A program made the translations under genes and the position numbers. Below, piece after piece: positions 28,284 through 34,703 of a stretch of 34,703 bases of DNA; position 1 is the first letter of the stretch; every line of letters begins with the position of its first letter. The notes under the pieces were generated by a model. That model was given only the letters and a program-made list of their open reading frames with translations, was not told where the DNA came from and made no database searches. The stretch is from a bacterium (lineage in GTDB: Bacteria > DUMJ01), in assembly GCA_049970495.1 (NCBI GenBank), contig JBMFMV010000011.1, positions 1 to 34,703 on the forward strand, written 5' to 3'.

Positions 28284-29141
28284 TTATATTTTTGCTATAA
28301 TCTTCTTTAACTCTAATGCTTTCTTATAGACTCGATTTTTTGGTAAGTTAAACTTTTTAGATACTATCTCAATAGCCTCTTTTAAAGAGACCCCTTCTTT
28401 AGCTATGGCATCTATTATTAAAGCCTCTATACTTACTTCCAAATCAATCTTTTCAGTTTCTTCTTCATTATAGATTACTATAGTGTATTCCCCAACTCCA
28501 ACATTTGGGTCATTCTTCAATTCCTCTAAAACGTCGTAGATTTTTCCTATATATGACCTTTCGAAGACCTTTGTAAGCTCACAGAAGAAGCATACTGTAG
28601 AGTCTGGTAGTTCCCTAGCAATAAGTTCAGCTAGTGATAATATTCTTTTTGGAGATTCGTACAGAACTACAGTCTCTATATCTTTCCTCTTAATACTCCT
28701 TATAATCTCCTCTCTTTCTGATTCTTTCTTGGGCAAAAATCCTAAAAATAAAAAATGATTTATAGGAACCCCTGATACAGATAGGGCAGCCATAACTGCA
28801 GATGGACCAGGTATTGGGATAACCTCTATTCCCTTTTCCCTTGCATCCTTTACTATTCTGTATCCAGGGTCAGATATACAGGGTGTTCCTGCATTAGATA
28901 CAAGTGCTACATCCATATCCTTTTCCAATATATAACCTATGAGCAATCTAGACCTTTCCTCTTCGTTATACTTGTGATAAGAGATTAGCTTGGTCTCTAT
29001 GTTGTAGTGTTTTAATAGTATAGATGTATGTCTTGTATCTTCAGCAGCGATTAAGTCACAGTTATTAAGGACTTCTATAGCCCTATAAGTAATATCCTTT
29101 AGGTTACCTATAGGTGTAGCAACTACATATAGCCTGCCCAT
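28284..29141 (-). CDS. rsmI: 16S rRNA (cytidine(1402)-2'-O)-methyltransferase
   Basis: LYVVATPIGNL.DIT.RA, AEDTRHT, AGTPCISDPG, PIPGPSA, FLGFLP, YESP.R, ELTK. Confidence 0.93.
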   Translation of the reverse strand: MGRLYVVATPIGNLKDITYRAIEVLNNCDLIAAEDTRHTSILLKHYNIETKLISYHKYNEEERSRLLIGYILEKDMDVALVSNAGTPCISDPGYRIVKDAREKGIEVIPIPGPSAVMAALSVSGVPINHFLFLGFLPKKESEREEIIRSIKRKDIETVVLYESPKRILSLAELIARELPDSTVCFFCELTKVFERSYIGKIYDVLEELKNDPNVGVGEYTIVIYNEEETEKIDLEVSIEALIIDAIAKEGVSLKEAIEIVSKKFNLPKNRVYKKALELKKIIAKI

Positions 29142-29142
29142 C

Positions 29143-29937
29143 CTATTTTTCTCTTTTAATCAGTATATAGAACATCTCATTAATTAGTATAAATCTTTTT
29201 ACAATATAATGACCCCTTTGAAGGATAGGTTCAAAAAGTCTGCCATAGTTATCTGACATCCCCTTTTCTTTCCCTGAAAGACTCTTCAGAGGAAAGGAGA
29301 CTACTATAAACTTGCTCCTTATAGTTTCTAGTAGTTTTACAGAGAGCCCTCTTTTTATTCTCTCTGCTGTAGGAAGGAACTTAAATATAAAGCATACATC
29401 TACGCATTCCTCAACCTCCTCAAAGAGAACATCTTTTACTCTAGCTAATTGAGGATAGCTTAAAATAGCTAAAAACTTATTGATACTTTCTATAACTACA
29501 GCATCTATGTCATAAGCATAGTAGTTTATAGGACCTTCTATATTCATCCAGGGTATAGAAAATGGATTGAGTCCACAGGCTAAGTCTAATATAGAACTAG
29601 GTTTACTGACAGTATCAAAAATCTCTCTATAGAGCTCTCCATATATATCAATCCGTTCTCTAGTGGATTGGTGTAGTTGGAGTATCATCTTTGCTATACC
29701 CTTAATGTCTGAACGATCTTTCTCTAGGATCGATACTAATTCTCTGAGCTTTTGACTTTCTTCTTTGCTCAAAAATGCCCCATATGTTTGATGGAGTCTA
29801 TTTTTTACCGCTTTTATTAGGTTCTTTTCACTCTTATGTTTGGGTAGTTCTATCCTTGCTATCTCTAAGATTGTCCTCTCACTTATTTCTCTATACTTAC
29901 TAGAAGACTTTATCTTTTCCACTAGCTCTTCAAGCAT
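29143..29937 (-). CDS. ArmA/Rmt/FmrO(Sgm)-family 16S rRNA (guanine(1405)-N7)-methyltransferase homolog
   Basis: SSKYR, K.RLHQTYGAF, LHQSTRER, ILDLACGLNPF, YYAYDID, FKFLP..E, VVSFPLKSLSGKEKGM..NY, NEMFY: the family signatures in the expected order; 264 aa. Confidence 0.9.
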   Translation of the reverse strand: MLEELVEKIKSSSKYREISERTILEIARIELPKHKSEKNLIKAVKNRLHQTYGAFLSKEESQKLRELVSILEKDRSDIKGIAKMILQLHQSTRERIDIYGELYREIFDTVSKPSSILDLACGLNPFSIPWMNIEGPINYYAYDIDAVVIESINKFLAILSYPQLARVKDVLFEEVEECVDVCFIFKFLPTAERIKRGLSVKLLETIRSKFIVVSFPLKSLSGKEKGMSDNYGRLFEPILQRGHYIVKRFILINEMFYILIKREK

Positions 29938-31009
29938 TGTTTCTCTCTTTTATAAGTCCTATAAGTTCACTATAAAAGTAGAGATTATGAATAGTAGCTA
30001 ATCTAAATGCTAAGCAGTCTTCTACTTCAAAGAGATGATGTATATATGCCCTAGAGAAGTTCCTACAGGTATAACAATTACAGTACTCTGATATAGGCTT
30101 TTCATCTCTAGTGTACCTTTCTTCCTTTATAAAGATATTGCTGTAAAAATATTTATCTTTCAGGTCTATCCCGGGATTAAATACGTATAACTTACCATGT
30201 CTAGCTTCTCTAGTTGGTATAACGCAATCAAAGAGATTATAGCCAAATTCTGCACATATAACGATATTTTCTGGTTTTCCTATACCCATTGCATACTTGG
30301 GAAGATTGTTAGGCATCAGATTAGCAGTATATTCTAAAATCTCTACTAATAAGTTTCCATCTTTATCTAAGGGCCAACCCCCAAATCCATATCCATCAAA
30401 ACCTATCTCTATTAGAGAGTCTGCGCATCTTTTTCTTAAATCTCTATCCCTTCCTCCTTGTATTATTCCAAAGATGAGAGGTCGTTTACTCTTAGGATAA
30501 GTCTCTAAGAGCCTTTTATACTCATCTTTACATTTTAGAGCCCATTTAATAGTCTTCTCTACGGACTCTCTATTTATCTGATAAGAATCATCAGGATGAG
30601 TACAGTAATCTAGACTCATGATTATATCTGCTCCACAAAGATATTGAGTTTTAATACATCTTTCTGGTGTAAGTTCTATTTTCTCTTTAGAGGATGGTCT
30701 AAAAATGATACCTTTGTCTGTTACACTCCCGTACTTACTATTCTCTCTAATCATGGAGAATATCTGAAATCCTCCTGAGTCGGTAAGAATAGCTCCATCC
30801 CAGTTTATAAACTTATGGAGCCCTCCAAATTCTTTTATAACAGTAATCCCTGGCTTTTTCATAAGATGTAAGGTATTTATCACTATACCACGGATATTAG
30901 CACTATGTAGGTCTTTCTTATCTACTGATCGGACGACCCCACTAGTACCATCTGGAAAAAAAGCGGGCAATTCTACGTATCCGCTAGGTATATCTAGAAT
31001 CTTTTCCAT
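29930..31009 (-). CDS. tgt: tRNA-guanine transglycosylase-family protein with atypical base-binding pocket
   Basis: LTDSGGFQ, MSLDYC, GIIQGG, MGIGKP, LFDCVIPTR, CNCYTC..H Zn site, HNL; pocket loop reads GGWPLDK. Confidence 0.88.
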   Translation of the reverse strand: MEKILDIPSGYVELPAFFPDGTSGVVRSVDKKDLHSANIRGIVINTLHLMKKPGITVIKEFGGLHKFINWDGAILTDSGGFQIFSMIRENSKYGSVTDKGIIFRPSSKEKIELTPERCIKTQYLCGADIIMSLDYCTHPDDSYQINRESVEKTIKWALKCKDEYKRLLETYPKSKRPLIFGIIQGGRDRDLRKRCADSLIEIGFDGYGFGGWPLDKDGNLLVEILEYTANLMPNNLPKYAMGIGKPENIVICAEFGYNLFDCVIPTREARHGKLYVFNPGIDLKDKYFYSNIFIKEERYTRDEKPISEYCNCYTCRNFSRAYIHHLFEVEDCLAFRLATIHNLYFYSELIGLIKERNNA

Positions 31010-31037
31010 AAAGCTTTCTCATTCTATTTTTGGATTT

Positions 31038-31046
31038 ATTATAACA
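31038..31046 (-). promoter_or_regulatory. Putative extended -10 promoter of the tgt-methyltransferase-rsmI operon
   Basis: Minus strand TGTTATAAT (TGnTATAAT) ends 28 nt upstream of the tgt ATG. Confidence 0.55.
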
Positions 31047-31057
31047 TACTCGAACAC

Positions 31058-31086
31058 TTGCCAAGTGTCTAACTATATGTTATACT
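31058..31086 (+). promoter_or_regulatory. Sigma70 promoter of the rpsB operon
   Basis: TTGCCA (31058-63), 17-nt spacer, TATACT (31081-86) with TG at 31078-79. Confidence 0.7.
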
Positions 31087-31089
31087 TTC

Positions 31090-31169
31090 ACAAGAATCTG
31101 CATGCCTCATATCTCTAAGTCCACTTTGGTGGTAATGAGGCAGAAGTTTAACTTAGAGGAGGAGAATAT
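31090..31169 (+). promoter_or_regulatory. Structured rpsB 5' leader (candidate S2 autoregulatory/t44-like element)
   Basis: TGCCTCAT (31103-10) pairs with ATGAGGCA (31135-42), enclosing a CCAC-TTTG-GTGG hairpin; lies between the promoter and the AGGAGG RBS. Confidence 0.5.
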
Positions 31170-31964
31170 ATGGCAATAGTGACTATTAAACAGCTTTTAG
31201 AAGCAGGTGTCCATTTTGGACATCAAACGAAACGTTGGAATCCCAAGATGAAGCCCTATATCTTTGCAGAGCGAAATGGGATTCACATAATAGATCTTCA
31301 AAAGACAGTGGTGTGTTTAGAGAAGGCTTATGAAATTGTAAGAGACGTATCAGGTAACGGGGGAAAGGTCCTTTTTGTTGGAACTAAGAAACAAGCTTAT
31401 GAGGTTATAAAGACTGAGGCTGAGAGATGCGGAATGCCCTATGTAAATCAGAGATGGCTTGGGGGACTTCTTACTAATTTTCAAACAGTTAGAAGGAGTA
31501 TAGAGAAGTTAAAGAAGTTAAGAGAGGAAAGAGATAAGGGATTGTGGGACTCATACACAAAGAGGGAGAGAAAGCACTTAGAGATAGAGCTTAATAGGCT
31601 TGAGAAGTATGTAGGGGGAATAGAAAACCTTAACAGTCTTCCAGAACTCTTATTCATCATAGATACAAAGAAAGAGGAAAACGCGGTTAAGGAAGCTAAG
31701 AGACTTGGAATTCCTATAGTTGGTGTGGTAGATACGAATGGTGATCCAGAGATTATAGATTATCCTATTCCTGGAAATGATGATGCTATAAGAGCTATAA
31801 GACTATACTGCAGCAAGATTGCAGATGCGGTATTAGAGGGGGTAGGAATGAGAAAAGAGGAGGTTGAAGAAGAGATAACAGAAATGCCAAGTATAGAAGA
31901 GATTTCTATAGAAGAAATTGAAGAAAAGGTAGCAAGTGAATACGAGGAGGAGACGTTAGATTGA
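31170..31964 (+). CDS. rpsB: 30S ribosomal protein S2
   Basis: [50 protein letters not shown]; acidic tail. Confidence 0.99.
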   Translation: MAIVTIKQLLEAGVHFGHQTKRWNPKMKPYIFAERNGIHIIDLQKTVVCLEKAYEIVRDVSGNGGKVLFVGTKKQAYEVIKTEAERCGMPYVNQRWLGGLLTNFQTVRRSIEKLKKLREERDKGLWDSYTKRERKHLEIELNRLEKYVGGIENLNSLPELLFIIDTKKEENAVKEAKRLGIPIVGVVDTNGDPEIIDYPIPGNDDAIRAIRLYCSKIADAVLEGVGMRKEEVEEEITEMPSIEEISIEEIEEKVASEYEEETLD

Positions 31965-32557
31965 GTATTAATATGGATTTAATAAAAGAACTTAGAGAAA
32001 AAACGGGGGCAGGGGTAATGGATTGTAAAAAGGCTCTCATCTCTGCTAATGGTGATATAGAAAAGGCTATTGAAATACTTAGAAAAGAAGGAATTGCGGT
32101 AGCAGAGAAGAAGGGGTCTAGAGTAGCTAAAGAAGGAAGGATAGAGAGTTATCTACATCCTGGTAATAAGATTGGAGTCCTTGTAGAGGTTAATTGTGAG
32201 ACTGATTTTGTAGCAAGAACAGACGAGTTTAAAACTCTTGCCAAAGAGATTGCTATGCACATAGCAGCAAGTAATCCTAAATATATATCTATAAATGATG
32301 TTCCTCAAGATGTCTTAGAAAAAGAAAGAGAGATCTATGCAACTCAGGCTAGGAATGAAGGGAAGCCAGAACACGTAATAGATAGGATTGTCCAAGGGAA
32401 AATAGAGAAGTTTTATCAAGAGGTATGTCTACTAGAACAGGCTTGGGTTAGAGACCCAGAGAAGAAGATAAAGGATATAATTAACGAGACCATAGCTAGA
32501 TTGGGGGAAAATATTGTAGTAAGGAGATTTGTCAGATTTGAATTGGGGAAGGACTAA
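31961..32557 (+). CDS. tsf: Elongation factor Ts (short form)
   Basis: [41 protein letters not shown] start overlaps the rpsB stop. Confidence 0.98.
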   Translation: MSINMDLIKELREKTGAGVMDCKKALISANGDIEKAIEILRKEGIAVAEKKGSRVAKEGRIESYLHPGNKIGVLVEVNCETDFVARTDEFKTLAKEIAMHIAASNPKYISINDVPQDVLEKEREIYATQARNEGKPEHVIDRIVQGKIEKFYQEVCLLEQAWVRDPEKKIKDIINETIARLGENIVVRRFVRFELGKD

Positions 32558-33273
32558 TGAGTGAAGGAGTAAAGTATAGAAGAGTCTTGTTAAAGTTAAG
32601 TGGCGAAGCTTTTAAAGAAGACTCTGAGCCAATAGGGTATCATTCCCTCGAAAGAATAGCTGAAGAGATTGAATCTGTATACAAGTTAGGAGTTCAAATA
32701 GCTATAGTTGTTGGTGGAGGTAATGTCATAAGGGGCATTACCTCCAGTTCTTTATCTATAGATAGAGCTACTGCAGACTATATGGGTATGCTAGCTACAA
32801 TCATAAATGCTCTTGCACTTCAGGCTAAGTTGGAATCTATGGATATACCTACTCGGGTTCAGACTTCTATAGAAATGAGACAAGTTGCCGAGCCGTATAT
32901 ACGTAGGAGAGCTATAAGACACCTAGAGAAGGGAAGGGTAGTTATATTTGGGGGAGGAACGGGAAATCCCTTCTTTAGCACAGATACTGCTGCTGCACTA
33001 AGGGCGGCAGAGATCAATGCAGAAGTCATGATAAAGGGTACAAAAGTTGATGGAATATACGATTCTGACCCTACTAAGAATCCTAAAGCAATTAGATATC
33101 CAGAGATAAGGTATATGGATATACTGAGTAAAGAATTAAAGGTTATGGATGCTACAGCAGTGTCTCTCTGCATGGAGAATAAAATTCCAATAATAGTATT
33201 TAATATATCAGAAAGGGGTAATCTAAGGAGACTTATCTGTGGAGAGGAAATAGGAACTCTAGTAAAGGGGTGA
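32557..33273 (+). CDS. pyrH: UMP kinase
   Basis: [42 protein letters not shown]. Confidence 0.98.
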   Translation: MSEGVKYRRVLLKLSGEAFKEDSEPIGYHSLERIAEEIESVYKLGVQIAIVVGGGNVIRGITSSSLSIDRATADYMGMLATIINALALQAKLESMDIPTRVQTSIEMRQVAEPYIRRRAIRHLEKGRVVIFGGGTGNPFFSTDTAAALRAAEINAEVMIKGTKVDGIYDSDPTKNPKAIRYPEIRYMDILSKELKVMDATAVSLCMENKIPIIVFNISERGNLRRLICGEEIGTLVKG

Positions 33274-33279
33274 TTTAAT

Positions 33280-33840
33280 ATGGATGAAAAAGCTTTCACC
33301 CGAAGTATAGAGGAAAAGATGAAACAGTCTATAGTTGTTTTTCAAAAAGAACTTGTTGGAATTAGAACTGGAAGGGCTAATCCTGCCTTAGTAGAAGAGT
33401 TAACAGTTGACTATTACGGAACACCCACTCCACTCTTTCAGCTTGCCAAGATAACTACACCTGATCCTAGGACTATACTTATTCAGCCATGGGATAAACA
33501 GGCATTACAGAGTATAGAAAAGGCTATCCTGAAATCTGACCTTAGCCTAAATCCAATAAATGATGGCACTTCTATAAGACTCAATATCCCCTCACCTACC
33601 GAAGAGAGAAGAAAAGAATTGGTAAAACTAGTAAGAAAGAAGGGAGAGGAGGCCAAAGTTGTAATAAGAAATATAAGAAGAGCAGGGGTAGAAGAGCTAG
33701 AAAAGGAAAAGAAGAATAGTAAAATCTCCGAGGATGTAGAAAAGAGACTCAAAGAACAGGTTCAAAAGATTACAGACAAGTACATAGAGGAAGTAGATAA
33801 GATTTTGGCAGAAAAAGAAAAAGAGATAATGGAGGTATGA
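33280..33840 (+). CDS. frr: Ribosome recycling factor
   Basis: IRTGRANP, VDYYG..TPL, IQPWD, PTEERRKEL, IRNIRR. Confidence 0.98.
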   Translation: MDEKAFTRSIEEKMKQSIVVFQKELVGIRTGRANPALVEELTVDYYGTPTPLFQLAKITTPDPRTILIQPWDKQALQSIEKAILKSDLSLNPINDGTSIRLNIPSPTEERRKELVKLVRKKGEEAKVVIRNIRRAGVEELEKEKKNSKISEDVEKRLKEQVQKITDKYIEEVDKILAEKEKEIMEV

Positions 33841-33844
33841 GTCT

Positions 33845-34552
33845 TTGATTTTGAATAATCTGCCCACCCATGTAGCTATAATTATGGATGGTAATGGACG
33901 TTGGGCTCAATCTAGAGGATTGCCTAGAATTTACGGGCATCAAGAGGGAAAACGCAATGTAAAAAGGATAGTTAAATATGCAGCTAATCTTGGGGTAAAG
34001 TATCTAAGTCTTTTTGCCTTTTCTACTGAAAACTGGAAGAGACCTAAAGAAGAAGTAAATGGCTTAATGGAACTTTTAAGGATAGGGCTTCAAGAGGAGA
34101 GGCCTGAGTTTATTAGAGAAGGTATAAGAGTGGTATTTTTTGGAGACAGGAGTAAACTCCCTAGAGAAGTATTAAAAGAGATGGAGTTAACAGAGTCACT
34201 AACTGCTTCTAATAGTAGGCTTAACTTGGCTTTTGCTATTAACTATAGTGGAAGAGATGATATATTAAGGGCAGTAAAAAGGATTTCTCAGAAGGTAGCT
34301 GCAGGAGAAATAGATATTGACAAGATAGATGACAAATTAATTTCTCGAGAATTAGATACTCGAGATTTTCCTGACCCTGACCTTATAATTAGGACTAGCG
34401 GGGAGCTAAGAATAAGCAATTTCTTCTTATGGCAGTCCGCTTATAGTGAATTTTATTTTACTCCAGTTTTATGGCCTGATTTTGACGAAAAAGAATTTGA
34501 TTTGGCAATAGAAGCCTACCAAAGCAGAAAAAGGCGATTTGGAGGCATCTAA
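33845..34552 (+). CDS. uppS: Undecaprenyl diphosphate synthase
   Basis: HVAIIMDGNGRWA, AFSTENWKRP, DPDLIIRTSGELRISNFFLWQ, RRFGG. Confidence 0.97.
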   Translation: MILNNLPTHVAIIMDGNGRWAQSRGLPRIYGHQEGKRNVKRIVKYAANLGVKYLSLFAFSTENWKRPKEEVNGLMELLRIGLQEERPEFIREGIRVVFFGDRSKLPREVLKEMELTESLTASNSRLNLAFAINYSGRDDILRAVKRISQKVAAGEIDIDKIDDKLISRELDTRDFPDPDLIIRTSGELRISNFFLWQSAYSEFYFTPVLWPDFDEKEFDLAIEAYQSRKRRFGGI

Positions 34553-34559
34553 AAGTTTA

Positions 34560-34703
34560 ATGCTTAATAAAAGAATTATAAGCGCAGTTGTTGGTATCCC
34601 TATAGTTCTAGCCTTTATAAGATTTGGAGGTATTCTGCTTCAATTTTTTCTCATAGCTCTCTTTGCCATAGGTTTTCTTGAATATAGTAAACTTACAGAA
34701 CAG
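34560..34703 (+). CDS. cdsA: Phosphatidate cytidylyltransferase, N-terminal part (runs off the window)
   Basis: Not in the ORF track. ATG 34560 translates MLNKRIISAVVGIPIVLAFIRFGG..IGFLEY; canonical position after uppS. Confidence 0.85.
   Translation, partial: MLNKRIISAVVGIPIVLAFIRFGGILLQFFLIALFAIGFLEYSKLTEQ

Noticed and set aside
29000..30100. Mobile resistance cassette around the G1405 methyltransferase
   Set aside because: No IS, integrase, attC or flanking repeats are visible, and the gene is tightly coupled to its chromosomal neighbours.
29930..31009. DpdA-type DNA 7-deazaguanine modification (defence) island
   Set aside because: The protein keeps bacterial tRNA-TGT length and motifs, and there are no dpdB-K or preQ0 synthesis genes in the window.
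31961..32557. Truncated or pseudogenised tsf (198 aa)
   Set aside because: The short EF-Ts form is a known natural class, and the N- and C-terminal motifs are intact.
987..33752. Roughly 25 short alternative ORFs in the track (e.g. 987-1184, 4104-4325, 7428-7694, 11053-11331, 24620-24937, 32859-33299)
   Set aside because: They lie antisense or out of frame within well-supported genes and have no recognisable motifs; shadow ORFs.
1..34703. CRISPR array, tRNA or rRNA genes, tandem repeats
   Set aside because: The intergenic spaces are too short (longest about 250 nt), and I saw no repeat-spacer or cloverleaf patterns.

Overview
AT-rich bacterial chromosomal window with dense, tightly packed genes. 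AGA/ATA-rich codon usage and the gene content suggest a sugar-fermenting, probably thermophilic anaerobe (Dictyoglomota-like is a guess). It is flanked by two housekeeping clusters: infC(3' end)-rpmI-rplT on the left and rpsB-tsf-pyrH-frr-uppS-cdsA(5' end) on the right. Between them lie carbohydrate genes (two GH38 alpha-mannosidases, a PMI-like cupin, GH4 + BadF-type kinase + GlmU-like nucleotidyltransferase, an AlsE-like epimerase, a lyxose-isomerase-type cupin, a class II aldolase, two Zn polyol dehydrogenases), transporters, ddl, an orphan PilX-like gene and two secreted proteins. The most striking element is a coupled minus-strand operon divergent from rpsB. It encodes a TGT with a rewritten base-binding pocket (GGWPLDK instead of GGLAVGE), an ArmA/Rmt/FmrO-family 16S rRNA m7G1405 methyltransferase with no mobile-element context, and RsmI (16S C1402 2'-O-methyltransferase), making it a candidate undescribed decoding-centre RNA-modification module. 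I saw no rRNA, tRNA, CRISPR array or mobile element. All calls are by motif recognition and synteny, without database searches.
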